This document shows positions 49,256 to 61,902 of a DNA stretch of 64,000 nucleotides, in pieces (within the stretch, counting starts at the first letter, position 1; the number at the start of each line of letters is the position of its first letter). The stretch covers positions 9,300,001 to 9,364,000 of the forward strand of contig OZ024753.1 of assembly GCA_964016885.1 (NCBI GenBank), given 5' to 3'. Origin of the DNA: Eledone cirrhosa (taxonomy: Eukaryota). The position numbers were made by a program, and so were the translations under genes. The notes beneath the pieces were generated by a model. It had not been told where the DNA came from. It worked only from the letters and a program-made list of their open reading frames with translations, and did no database searches.

Positions 49256-50136
49256 TATATATATATACGTCAATAGGACGGTGGGCTGAAAAGTTCATAG
49301 GCTGTCTATGCAGGAGTGATGCTAGAGCTGTGAAATTTTGAATGCATTAATTTATTAATAATTGCATTGTTTCTTTCTATGTTGAAAAATAAACCTCATT
49401 TGGTCATTCCATGAGAGTCTCATGGTCAGCCTATAAACCTTTCATCCTGCCCAGTTATATCCAAGGTTTTAGAATAGCTATCATTGCTATTTATCAATTT
49501 TATATCTATTTGCTGTGTTTACATATGTTAGACAGATTGTCATACTCTTAGGCTAGACAATATAAGAATCTACCCAAAACACATCACATGTCTAATTATA
49601 TATGGTAAGTAAATTTTCGAGTAAATTCCATCTTTTTATAGTAAGTATTTCTACACTCATTTATTTTTTTATTTATTCATGTTTTATATTTTGAAGGGGA
49701 TTTAATTCCCAATTTATCAAAAAAGTGTATGTCATTATATTTTCTGACATTAGATTTTACAAGAAAATTAGGTATCATATTCTCCAGTGAACATATCATA
49801 TTTTTACAACATACAGAACAACATTCTGTTAATAATTACTGAAGTCATATGTAATCCTCATAGTTATCATTCTTAGGTAATTTTTTCTATATTTATATGG
49901 AAGGTACAGGTCCTCTTCATTTGTATTCTATTCCTATATAAAGTTCAACATTCTGAAATTAGTTTTCACAACTTTTGCCTATCTCTTCCTTGGTCTTCCT
50001 TTTCCACAGGTCCCGTCCACTTTGATCTGATATTTCTTTACTAAATTATCATCATATATGTTACATGTCCATACGAATGCAGATTCCTTTCTTACTTACT
50101 AAATCAAATCCCTATTATATCCAGCTTTTCTCTTAA

Positions 50137-50321
50137 ACCTTTAGCATTTACATTACTCTATATATACTATAGTATTTTCACAGAAAAGGCTGTATCTCAC
50201 ATAATATCAAATCTATCAAATTTTGATATAATTTATTTTGAGAATAATACCTTAACATCATATTTGAACAGAAAGGGAGTGGGGATTCTGGCCAGATATG
50301 GCCAGTTTAAATGATAAAGAG
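50137..50321. mobile_element. piggyBac-type MITE family P, diverged
   Basis: TTAA|ACCTTTAGCATTT...AAATGATAAAGAG|TTAA. Confidence 0.78.
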
Positions 50322-50577
50322 TTAACTGATCCTTCTTTCTTACTAAATCTGATCCCTCTTATACCCACTTTTCTTTTAACTGATCCCTCATACTTACAAA
50401 ATCTGACCCCTCTTTTACCCAGATTTTCTCTTAACTGACCAGTGTTTTATAGTTTCAGTACACTACCATTCCATATATCTCAACAAAGATCAAGCTATGG
50501 TGTGTAATGTCTTTTTAAGTGAGAAGTATTTCACTGATAAGTTTCAAAAAGGTGGTAAAATGCAGTAGAAATACCGT

Positions 50578-50976
50578 ATCATCATCATCACCGTTTTACG
50601 TCCATTCTTCCACGCTAGCATGGGTTGTCCTGTTGGGGGCAGTGTCCAGTCGGCTGACCTTGTCTTGCTCATACGGGAACTGATTCTGGCTTGATTTCTA
50701 CAGCTGGATGCCCTTCCTAACACCAAACTCATTTACAGTGAGTGCTGGGTGCTTTTTTTTCCGTGGACACGTCCACTTTACAGTGTGGGCTGGGTGCTTT
50801 TTTTGCCGTGGCACCTCCACAACCACTTTGCAGTGGGAGGGGTGGGGGCATATTGTCTATATGCTTCAGCTTCGGCTTGTACCCGTGGGGGGTCAGGTCT
50901 TCTGTGTTACTGCATGACGCCAGAGGTCACGGTCGTGTGTCATCCACCTTTGAGAGGTGTAATTGGGTAAGGTCGG
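50578..50976 (-). mobile_element. RTE 3' end
   Basis: Reverse complement of the RTE 3' end seen at 33470-33877. Confidence 0.9.
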
Positions 50977-51160
50977 CCGAATATACTTGAAAATAAGCCA
51001 AGGAATATGTAACAAAAAATTGATTGTGAAATGAGGGAGAGTCGGCTTATCTAAACAATGTGTTGGCTTATAAACAGGGTTTAGATTTTTGCCTATTTCG
51101 CAGACATGAAATAGGGAGTCAGCTTATAGTCAGATTGGCTTATATTAAAGTAAATATAGG
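50977..51160. mobile_element. Tc1/mariner-superfamily MITE related to 387-1852
   Basis: CCGAATATACTTGAAAATAAGCC ... GGCTTATATTAAAGTAAATATAGG imperfect TIRs. Confidence 0.5.
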
Positions 51161-51928
51161 ATATAAAAGGCAAATGATTCAAAACAAAACAAAGTAATGT
51201 TTTACCCAGTATATTTCAATATATTTCAGGGCTAATACCCTCTTTTCAAATGGGAAACAAAAATGAATGATCAGTGTGTTAACTATACTTTGAGTAGTAT
51301 TTATTTATAAATATGCTTAACTCAGGCTTAAGCAAAAATTTGTTAATATATTCTACCCTTAGGCTTTAGTATTTACAAAGAAAAATAAGTCAATAACGTT
51401 TGAAAGGTTACATCTCTTTAACACAAATGCTGTATAGTATTGTTAACAAAGTGTGAACTATTGACAGTCATTCTATGAATATTTAAACTGAACAATGACA
51501 CAAAACATACATCAATTTTACAGTGCATTAAAGCATTAATCTGTACTTCCTTGTGGTACCTATTTAGGTGTAGGTTGACTGAGCTACTGAGAATTGTTTC
51601 TATAAATTAGACAACCCAATACTGATACGTGAAGGCTGAGTGGCTCAGTGATTAGAGAATTGAATTTCCAATCATGAAGTTGTGAGTTTGATTCCTGGAC
51701 TGAGTGACGCGTTATGTCCTTCAGCAAGACACTTCATTTGCCATTGCTCTTTCTGCCAGGAGCTGCAATGGGTAGATAGTATTAGCAATGGAAAGACCAA
51801 TTGAAATATTGTTTTCATTTGATAAGCAAATGAGGTCTGGGAGCTTGTTGTTTGTCCAAAAAGGAATAAAAAACATACTGATAATATAATATAACTGAAA
51901 CCTTTTTGCTTATAATTGTAAATTATAA

Positions 51929-52273
51929 TCATTTCATCATCATCATTTCATTTTACGTCCGCTTTTTCCTTGCTTGCAAGGGTGGGACAGGAACTGATTC
52001 TGGCTTGATTTCTACAGCTGGATGCCCTTCCTAACACCAACCTCATTTACAGTGAGTGCTGGGTGCTTTTTTGCCGTGGCACCTCTACGACCACTTTGCA
52101 GTGGAATGATAGGAACCCCAGTCCTATCATCTCATTTCTACAGCTGAGTAAACTGGAGCAATGTGAAATAAAGTGTCTTGCTCAAGGAAACAACACATCA
52201 CCCGGTCTGAGAATTGAACTTACAACCTTTCGATTGCAAGGCCAATGCTCTAACCACTAAGCCATGTGCCTCC
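51929..52273 (-). mobile_element. SINE family E
   Basis: Full consensus match. Confidence 0.9.
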
Positions 52274-52794
52274 ATAATACATTTTATATTTACTATCCAG
52301 ATATTTGACTAGTAAATCTTAAATATATCTTCTAAACTGTATGAGGAGTTTAAAGACGGTTTTATAGTGTTAGTTAGATGAGACACATGTCTTTATAATG
52401 AGATACAAGTCTATTCTCCGAGCACGGCTTAGTGAATTAACATAGAAAGTATTGTACCACCCAAATACAAAAGACACCTGAAAAACATGAGCTAACGAGG
52501 AGGCTTCTATATGGTTATTCCCCTCATTTAGAAATAACAGCTGAATCTTCCTCAAATTATATTATACTATCTTGACAAAGAAAGACACATTGGATTATAT
52601 ATTCCAAGGTAAACTGTGTCAAAAAAAGAAAAATAAACAGACAGGAGGGTCATGACTACCATGGAGTGGCACTGATTTTATCAAATTTCAAAGGGGTAAA
52701 AATAAAGTTGATCTCAGCAGGAGTTTAGAGTACTGAGATGTGGTGCAAAGACCACAAAGAATTTTTCTTTCCTTTTTTCACTATTTAATCAGGC

Positions 52795-52990
52795 TGGTAG
52801 ATTGGCAGTATCAGTAGAGCATCAGACAACATGCTTCACAGCATAGAGTTACAGCCCTTTACATTCTGAGTTCAAATCCCGCCGTGGTTAGCTTTGCCTT
52901 TCATCCTTATGGAATCGATAAAATAAAGTACCAGTAGTGCACTGGGGTCAATTTAATTGAAATCCTCACCCCCCCAAAAAAATTGCAAGC
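52795..52990 (+). mobile_element. SINE family B
   Basis: A/B boxes and core. Confidence 0.8.
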
Positions 52991-53124
52991 CCTATGAATC
53001 AGGCCAAATGTTGGTTTGAAATTAGACAAAGGATTAGCTTTACCACCCAAAAAGGTCACAGTGGGATTTTAACTCCAATCACAAAGAATTAGATGAAATA
53101 CAAGGTATTTATTTCATTCAAAAC

Positions 53125-53900
53125 TAACAATTCCACCAATCCACTCTTTACCTAACAATTCCACCACTCTGGACTGGTACTTAGTATAACAATTTCACCA
53201 GCCCACCACTCTGGATTGGTACTTAGTACAACAATTCCACCAATCCACCACTCTGGACTGGTACTTTATCTAACAATTTCACCAGCCCACCACCCTGGAT
53301 TGGTACTTTATCTAACAATTTCACCACTCTGGACTAGTACTTTATACAACAATTTCACCAGCCCACCACCCTGGATTGGTACTTTATCTAACAATTTCAC
53401 CAGCCCACCACCCTGGATTGGTACTTTATACAACAATTTCACCAGCCCACCACCCTGGATTGGTACTTTATACAACAATTTCACCAGCCCACCACCCTGG
53501 ATTGGTACTTTATACAACAATTCCACCACTCTGGACTAGTACTTTATACAACAATTTCACCAGCCCACCACCCTGGATTGGTATTTTATACAACAATTCC
53601 ACCACTCTGGACTAGTACTTTATATAACAATTTCATCAGTCCACCATTCTGGATTAGTACTTTATACAACAATTTCACCAGCCCACCACCCTGGATTGGT
53701 ACTTTACACAACAATTACATCACTCTGGACTAGTACTTTATATAACAATTTCACCAGTCCACCATTCTGGATTAGTACTTTGTATAACAATTCCACCACC
53801 CAGGATTGATACTTTATAGTTTATCAACCATGAAAGGATGAAGGGCAAAGTTGATGTCAGCAGAATTTGAATGCAGGGTGCAAAGAATCAGAACTAATAC
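53125..53900. repeat. 42/35-bp minisatellite (~53125-53815) running into a diverged minus-strand SINE B
   Basis: Units ACAATTTCACCAGCCCACCACCCTGGATTGGTACTTTATACA and a shorter ACAATTCCACCACTCTGGACTAGTACTTTATA variant; continues into TTTATCAACC..AAGGATGAAGGGCAAAGTTGA. Confidence 0.85.
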
Positions 53901-54062
53901 TATAAATTAATTAACTCTTTTGTTAACAACTTGTTCCAAACCCTTCTCAAAGTTTATCAATTTAAACCACCCATTTTAAAGGGTTCTTATTTAAATTAAA
54001 ATCTCCTAACATAGTTTTATATCTTTCAAAATCTTTAAGTTTTGATACAAATAATATTGTAA

Positions 54063-54249
54063 TAATTGTTTCTACTTTTGGCACCAGGCCAGCAATTACC
54101 CAGTGTATTACTGGTACTTTATTTTATCGACCCTGTAAGGATGAAAGGCAAAGTTAACCTCGACGGGATTTTAACTCAGAATGGCAAGTGCCGTAACTCT
54201 ATGCATCAAAGCAAGGTGTCCGACCCTCTCCCGATACTGCCAATCCACC
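54063..54249 (-). mobile_element. SINE family B
   Basis: Consensus match. Confidence 0.88.
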
Positions 54250-54561
54250 TAATGAAATATTTCATTGTTTTTAAAAATCCTTCATTAATTAATTGAAATA
54301 GAGTATATTTAATTAGAATATGACCATGAAAGGGTTAACCGAAAGCTCTAATAACTCTAAAATGGCCATATTTATTTATAGGCTGCACAATCAGGACCCA
54401 ATTAGAGGCTAAGCAACTACAACAACATTATTCTTACAATGGACTAATCACAACACTTCTTTCCTTTATACTTTCAGCTGTAGCCTGGTACTATACCCAG
54501 GGCTGCTGCTGCTACAGCAGTAGAATGGCAGCATTAATAGAGCTCTGATAAATAACTAACA

Positions 54562-55256
54562 TTATTATTCGGAGGTTGGATTTGCCTTTCATCCTTACGG
54601 GGGTCGATAAAATAAAGTACCAGTAATACACTGGAGTAATTGCTGGCCTTGTGCCTAAAGTAGAAACAATTATTATTCGGAGGTTTGGCATTATTGGTAA
54701 AGCATCGGATGCCATCCTTTGCAGCATAAAGTTACATCCCTTTAGGTTCTGAGTTCAAATCCCGCTGAGGTTAACTTTGCCTTTCATCCTTACGGGGTCG
54801 ATAAAATAAAGTACCAGTAAGACACTGGGGTAATTGCTGGCTTTGTGCCTAAAGTAGAAACAATTATTATTCGGAGGTTTGGCATTATTGGTAAAGCATC
54901 GGAAGCCATCCTTTGCAGCATAAAGTTACATCCCTTTAGGTTCTGAGTTCAAATCCTGCTGAGGTTAACTTTGCCTTTCATTCTTACGGGGTCGATAAAA
55001 TAAAGTACCAGTAATGCACTGGAGTAATTGCTGGCCTTGTGCCTAAAGTAGAAACAATTATTATTCGGAGGTTTGGCATTATTGGTAAAGCATCGGAAGC
55101 CATCCTTTGCAGCATAAAGTTACATCCCTTTAGGTTCTGAGTTCAAATCCGGCCGAGGTTAACTTTGCCTTTCATCCTTACGGGGTCGATAAAATAAAGT
55201 ACCAGTAATGTACTGGGGTAATTGCTGGCCTTGTGCCAAAAAGTAGAAACAATTAT
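54562..55256 (+). mobile_element. Tandem array of SINE family B (3.5 units, 194-bp period)
   Basis: ATTATTATTCGGAGGTT junction repeated; CGGAGGTT at 54570, 54678, 54872, 55066. Confidence 0.9.
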
Positions 55257-55529
55257 TTATTCCAGCTCTTTATGTTTAGCGAGGTTGACTTTACCTTTCA
55301 TCCTTCTGGGGTCAATAAACTGAGTTAAGAACTGGGATCAGTGTAATCAACTTTCACAACCTCTCTCTACAAATTCCTGGCCTTGTGCCTAATGCAGAAA
55401 TCATTATACTCAGAGAATCTAAAAGAATATTTTTCAAAGCAGAACAAGACTGTTCTCATTCCCCAGTAAAGGGGAGACTAATTCCTTGTAAAGTTCAAGG
55501 AGGATAAGATTTTCTTTTTATTTTTTAGT

Positions 55530-56085
55530 GGTATTAGGAGGAGAAAAGAACAATACATGAAGTGTCAGATCACACTGGGGTGGCAGGCAGACTTTTGGAA
55601 GAGCAAGTGCCATCTTCAAGAACATAGGCATGACAATCATCTTGAAATGTCAAGTTTATGACCAGTGTATTCTGCTGACAGTCACCTATGGATCAGAAAC
55701 CAGTAACCTAACAAAAAGGCAAACTGTAAAGCTACAAACACTGCAAAGAGCCCACAAAAATATCATTTTAAACATCATATGGTGAGATCGAAAACTGCTG
55801 AATGGATCTGAAAAATACAAAATTTTGTGGCATCCCAGAAACTAATACGAAAGCAAAATGGAAGTTGGCAGGACACATTGCCAGAATGACTGACAACAGA
55901 TGGACAATCTGCGTCATTTTCTGGAGCCCACGGAGTCTCACAAGAAACCGAGGTGACCAGGTGGCAAGACGATCTGAAGAAAATCGAAAAACTTTAGCAA
56001 TGACTAGCTGAAGATCGACCAAGGTGGCTCAGCTCAGGGAAAGCCTATGTCCAACAATGAACTTTCCAGGGCTGAAGATAATGAT
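55530..56085 (+). mobile_element. Decayed RTE/BovB-like LINE 3' fragment (fourth family)
   Basis: LKCQVYDQCILLTVTYGSET..KLQTLQRA and KAKWKLAGHIARMTDNRWT..W.PR..RNRG. Confidence 0.75.
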
Positions 56086-56409
56086 AAGAGGTGGATTACT
56101 TCAAATACAAATGAGCTGATCCTTCAATATCTTGACCCTGAACTTATGAACTGACCGAAACTCCTTCATATAGTCCCTAACCATACTCAGTAATAATTTA
56201 CTATACAGGAATGTGCGTACACCACCTCAAATACATAAGCTACATGTTATTAACCATAACTCAAATTATGGGGGTCATCTGTTTCAAATACAATCCAATT
56301 CAATCAAATCTTGAGCCTTCTTACTCCTGTTAAAGTAACCACACTCCACCCACCACCACCACCACGATTGACTTCCACCAACTCTGTTTAGTTTTCATTA
56401 TGTTAAGGG

Positions 56410-56594
56410 GGTGGCTTGGCAGTATCGGTAGAAGGTCGGACGCCATGCTTTCCAGCATAGTTACGTCCCTTTACGATCTGAGTTCAAATCCCGCCGAGGT
56501 TGACTTTGCCTTTCATCCTTACGGGGTCGATAAAATAAAGTACCAGTAATGCACTGGGTAATTTGCTGGCCTTGTGCCTAAAGTAGAAACAATT
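56410..56594 (+). mobile_element. SINE family B with TSD
   Basis: Consensus copy flanked by ATTATGTTAAGGGGG on both sides. Confidence 0.92.
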
Positions 56595-57155
56595 ATGTTA
56601 AGGGGGGGGCCTTATACTCCACACTTGACTAATTGTGTGCTGGGTGAGCCTATTTAACCCATCGTAGGGCTGGATGGTCATTGACTCTGAGGTCATTTGC
56701 TCTGTTTTGAATACCGCTGTATTAAGGAGGTTTTTTTTTTGTTGTTGTTTTGGTTTTGTTTTTATTCATCCTAAAAACATCTTATCAAAGAATTGGGAAA
56801 ATATGGGAAAGAAACTCCAAAAATATATTTTCTTTTCTAATAAAGGAAGCAATATGGTTTTGTTATCTGTGGCAGTTATGGCCATAAATGTAAGCTTCAT
56901 TTTAATGAGTTGAATTATGTTTGGAACAAAAGAAATATTATTGCTTACAATGAAAGAAATAGCTTTCAAAAATTCCAATCTATATATTACGTTTCTTTTC
57001 AAGATTATTTTCTTTTTTTTTTTTTTCATATAGACATTCTTCGTTCATCTTTAAGCTGAATATGCATTGTAAAAATAAATAATCTCCACAGAAAGAAACC
57101 ACTTATTCCTGAAATCACCAGGAACATCAACAGCAAGATTGGCATTAACAATGAC

Positions 57156-57214
<59 letters not shown>

Positions 57215-57598
57215 TAACAACAACAATGATGATTGACGATGAGAAGGAGAAGGATGAGGAGGGTAGTAACACTCCCCGAAAGTCCCAATTCTAATAACCA
57301 TGTGGTGATGAATTGGCAACAATGTTAGAGTAGTAGGCTAATTGCATAAAAGAATTTTGTTTTTGTTTCATTTCTTAATGTTCTCAGTACTGTGAATCAG
57401 CTTTGCTGGTCCTTTCTTCATTGGGATGAATGGGATGAAGGGGATAATAAAATAGATACCAGTAATATCTAACACACCAACAATTTAACACATCCTTCCT
57501 AGCAGTGATTTGGTGAGGAAGGTACCAATATTAGCACTCAGTGCTAAAGCAGCGTGTATACATTAAGAAGAACAATGTGAAACCTTGTTTTGGTCTTC

Positions 57599-57656
<58 letters not shown>

Positions 57657-57657
<1 letters not shown>

Positions 57658-58228
57658 CGTTTCTGAATTTGTTTAGCAAGATTCTTTATCTGAAATCGTG
57701 TGTTGAAACCGATATTGTTATACTTTGGGAGGGTCATGTTGCCAATAAGAAACACACGCACCAGTTGCTTTCACTTCAATTTAATTTAATATATATTTAT
57801 AAATTTACAAATTTATAAATTTCTGGTTGGTTGGTTGGTTCCACAACCAGATAGTTGTTTATATATATATAGTCATAGTTCTTTCGTCACACACTCTGTG
57901 ACCTCTTCAGTGACTGGGGATTTCTTTCTTCGTTTCTGTGCCTTTCCTTTCTTCTATCCTACGCCATTTTGTTTTCAAAAATGGCGTAGGATAGAAGAAA
58001 GGAAAGGCACAGAAACGAAGAAAGAAATCCCCAGTCACTGAAGAGGTCACAGAGTGTGTGACGAAAGAACTATGACTATATATATATAAACAACTATCTG
58101 GTTGTGGAACCAACCAACCAACCAGAAATTTATAAATTTGTAAATTTATAAATATATATTAAATTAAATTGAAGTGAAAGCAACTGGTGCGTGTGTTTCT
58201 TATTGGCAACATGACCCTCCCAAAGTAT

Positions 58229-58236
<8 letters not shown>
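57657..58236. mobile_element. Fold-back element H2, long version: 259-bp arms (57712-57970 / 57978-58236) plus 55-bp tail, in (TA)n
   Basis: Apparently perfect palindrome centred at 57974; the ORF track gives mirror ORFs 57835-58041 and 57907-58113. Confidence 0.88.
58033..58077 (+). ncRNA. Minimal hammerhead-like motif (mirror copy 57871-57915 -)
   Basis: AGUCA CUGAAGA G GUCACA-GAGUG-UGUGAC GAAA G-AA-C UA|UGACU; stem III too short for a monomer; one extra G before stem II. Confidence 0.65.
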
Positions 58237-58284
<48 letters not shown>

Positions 58285-58437
58285 CAAGTATTGCACCAAG
58301 AAAAGTATAAACATCAGCAAGTAATGAGATCAGGAATTGATTTGCTCTAACATATGTTTCTGTATCTATTATAATTGTCTACATATGCTGATTACAATAT
58401 ATATTGTTCAATCATATGCAATACTTATATATATATA

Positions 58438-58775
58438 TCATCATCATCATCATTTTACGTCCGCTTTTCCCTGCTTGCAAGTGTGGGGCGGGAACTGATT
58501 CTGGCTTGATTTCTACAGCTGGATGCCCTTCCTAACACCAACCTCATTTACAGTGAGTGCTGGGTCCTTTTTTGCCATGGCACCTCCACGACCACCTTGC
58601 AGTGGAATGATAGTGACCCCAGTCCCTATCATCTCATTTCTACAGCTGAGTAAACTGGAGCAATGTGAAATAAAGTGTCTTGCTCAAAGAAACAACACAT
58701 CACCCGGTCTGAGAATTGAACTCACAACCTTTCAATTGCAAGGCCAATGCTCTAACCACTAAGCTATGTGCCTTC
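58438..58775 (-). mobile_element. SINE family E
   Basis: Consensus match. Confidence 0.9.
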
Positions 58776-58977
58776 ATACCTAATATTATATATATATATA
58801 ATATTAGGTATGAATCAAAGTTGTAGCTGCCATATAGCAGGTACTAATTGAATTGTTTGAGGCAATGACAAAGCACTCGATAGAGTGGTATGTTAGTACA
58901 TTATTGTCTAGGGTAAACAACAGTTAAAACGTGTGACACCAAGAAAAATGACCAAAGGCATACATATACCATAACAA

Positions 58978-59034
<57 letters not shown>

Positions 59035-59036
<2 letters not shown>

Positions 59037-59138
59037 TGAGACACGGTCACCCAACCAACCTTGCCTCAAGTGAGACAACTCCAGTCTAACCCATGCTAGC
59101 GTGGAAGATGGACGTTAAACGAAGATGATGATGATGAT
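59035..59138 (+). mobile_element. RTE extreme 3' tail
   Basis: TCTAACCCATGCTAGCGTGGAAGATGGACGTTAAAC(GAT)n. Confidence 0.8.
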
Positions 59139-59268
59139 ATATAGGAGGCCAGACAAACTGTATTCCTTTTGCATAACGTCAAGTGCTTTCATAATATTAC
59201 ATCATGGTTTACTTTGAGGAAAGACCCATTCTCCCACTGGTGAACCACCAAATTTATGCGCATATATA

Positions 59269-59302
<34 letters not shown>

Positions 59303-59305
<3 letters not shown>

Positions 59306-59445
59306 TAATAGTAAACAGAAATGACTCAGTACATTGAAGAAATATATTAGTTTAACGCTTGAAATAGCAGGGAAAGAGTCTTAACGTTTTGGACACTAGT
59401 CCTTCAACAGAAAGAGAAAATAAAATAGAAATATAGAAAGTGAGA
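59303..59445 (-). mobile_element. Family H3 element, second copy, degenerate hammerhead at 59379-59413
   Basis: Reverse complement aligns to 36075-36210; CUGUUGA AGGAC-UAGU-GUCC AAAA CGUU|AAGA. Confidence 0.6.
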
Positions 59446-59993
59446 AGATCAAGGTGTGGGGGGAAAAAATGAAGAAAAAAGGGGGAGGAAAACACGTGTA
59501 TTCAGTCAGCTATTTGGGATATTTGCTGGTCAAGGGGTATCTTACATGTTAGAGAGGTTTAAGAAGGGAGGTAATCATTGTATGTGTGTGTATACGTGCA
59601 TGTGTGTGTGTGTGTGTGTGTGCATGCGTAAGTGCATCTTACATGTTAGAGAGGTTTAGGAAGGGAGGTAATCATTGTATGTGAGGTGGACATGTGTGTG
59701 TATACGTGCATGTGTGTGCATGCGTTAGTGCACGTGTACAGATGTGTTCATATGTCTGAAGGATGGGCATTGGACCATGACGGGCTGAGTGCTGTGAGAG
59801 TGTGGGGATGCATGAGTGAGCATGCATGAACTGAACTGAACAACATAGGGCGATGTACAAGAATGTATATGAATTTCTACATAAACATATATACACAAAT
59901 AGTAGCAGCCGAGAGTGGCTGCGTAGAAAGGATGTGGTAGCAAATATGATCGTTGCCTTTATATTTCATTATGTGGTATGGTCGGTGGATTGG

Positions 59994-60180
59994 GCGGTGG
60001 ATTGGCAGTATCGGTAGAGGGTCGGACGCCATGCTTTCCAGCATAGTTACGTCCCTTTACGATCTGAGTTCAAATCCCGCCGAGGTTGACTTTGCCTTTC
60101 ATCCTTACGGGGTCGATAAAATAAAGTACCAGTAATGCACTGGGTAATTGCTGGCCTTGTGCCTAAAGTAGAAACAATTA
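59994..60180 (+). mobile_element. SINE family B with TSD
   Basis: Flanked by ATTATGTGGTATGGTC on both sides; short 5' duplication GGTGGATTGG. Confidence 0.92.
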
Positions 60181-60341
60181 TGTGGTATGGTCATAAGCAA
60201 AGCTGCATAGCTTCAGATATGACAATATGGTGGTGCAACCGTAAACAGCTGAGCTACAAAGTGTGGAGTCACTTTGTGCATGGAGATAGATATATAGGGA
60301 GAGAGGGAGAGTGAGTGTGTAGACACATATAGATATATTAA

Positions 60342-60548
60342 CCCTTTAGCATTTACATTACTCTATATTTACTATTGTATTTTCATGGAAAAAGCTTTAT
60401 CTCACATAATATCGAATCTATGAGATTTTGATATTATTTACTTTGAGAACAATACCTTAACATCACCATGAGTAGCCAGTTATGGCTAGTTTGAACAGAA
60501 AGAGGTGAGAAAATTCTGGCCAGATATGGTCGTTTTAATACTAAAGAG
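60342..60548. mobile_element. piggyBac-type MITE family P
   Basis: TTAA|CCCTTTAGCATTT...TACTAAAGAG|TTAA. Confidence 0.85.
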
Positions 60549-61579
60549 TTAAGCATACACAGTCCTACTGTGAGAATTTAACCTGTGATTATATCAGTAT
60601 CCCTTTAAGAGTGTACTTCAGGGTTTTTATCTATCTTCAGTAACACTTAATCACTATGAGATACTGTATGGTGATAGATAGCAAGTTTTGATCATGGGTT
60701 TACTCAATCAGGGCTAACCAATGGTTAAACAACAACAATCAATATTATATTCAATATTTTTCTTCAGAAACTCTGGTTTCTCTTTTTTTGCCGTTTTTTT
60801 TTCTTTTCTTTTTAATATTATAATTGTCTCTATTATATTTAATTGTATAATTTTTTTTTAATTGTAATATTGGTTTTGGCAGACAGTAAAGAAAAAAAAA
60901 ATAGTCTCTTTCAAATTTGGTTTTTATTTATTGATTAAAAGTAAACACTGAATTTTTAAGGTTGGAAAACATCTCTGGAAAATAGGAAAAAAAAATCTCT
61001 ATTTACATTAAAATGTTATTGTATTTATTACTACGGTGTTGTTTTCATCATGTTTTCACACCTCCGTGTTCTTGAGGTGTGCCTTGTATTGTGTCTTATG
61101 GGAATACAGAACCGTTTCTATGAAATGTCTGTTGTGATTTGTTGCTTATTGTTGTTGCTCTGATCTTATTTTAAGTGTTATATCTGTCAGTCTATGTGTT
61201 TCATGAGGTTTGGTTTTGTGTAGTGAGCATTTTGGTTTTAAACCTAGAAAAACACAGTGTAAACATGATTTTTTTTATTCTCACCATATAATTATAGGTG
61301 ACAAATTGGCAGAATCATTAGAATGTTAGATAGAATAATTTGTGGTATTCAAATCCCATTGAAGTCAACTTTGCCTTTCATCCACTCGAGGTTGATAAAA
61401 AAAAGTACCAGTTTAGTACTGGGGTTGATTCTTCCTCTATATCTCTTTCTCACTTCCTCTCTCTCATTTTCTATGAGTTTCTAGAAGAAATCTATGTTCA
61501 GACATGGAGAGAGTTGACTGCTATTTCTACTGGGCTGAATGACCATGTAAAAGTTTCCTTCTAGGTTCCGTTGGAAACA

Positions 61580-61902
61580 AGACCTGGGTACAAGTCGAAG
61601 CTGAAGCATATAGATAATATGCCCCACCCCCTCCCACTGTAAAGTGGTCATGTAGGGGTCACGACAAAAAAGCACCCAGCCCACACTTTAAAGTGGACAT
61701 GTAGGCGCCACGGTAAAAAGCACCCAGTACGCACTGTAAATGAAGTTGGTGTTAGGAAGGGCATTCAGCTGTAGAAATCAAGCCAAGGTCAGTTCTGTGT
61801 GAGCAAGACATGGTCACCTGACTTGACACTGCCCACAACAGGACAACCCATCTAACCCATGCTAGCATGGAAGAATGCATGTAAAATGGTGATGATGATG
61901 AT
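61580..61902 (+). mobile_element. RTE 3' UTR fragment
   Basis: Matches 18155-18474. Confidence 0.88.

Noticed and set aside
51205-51258. Minus-strand UUGAAAA-GAGGG..CCCU-GAAA hammerhead-like string
   Set aside because: Two core mismatches and no stem I
57026-57322. Hydrophobic, membrane-like ORF
   Set aside because: Mostly (AAT)n translation; no splice or homology support
57835-58113. Two mirror-image 68-aa ORFs
   Set aside because: Consequence of the palindrome; no coding evidence
58262-58427. Minus-strand GAAA-CAUAUG-UU half-hammerhead between (TA)n tracts
   Set aside because: No CUGANGA half found; may be a truncated relative but cannot be called
58773-58814. Perfect 42-bp palindrome TTCATACCTAATAT..ATATTAGGTATGAA
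   Set aside because: Centred on (TA)n and short; no ribozyme or family membership seen
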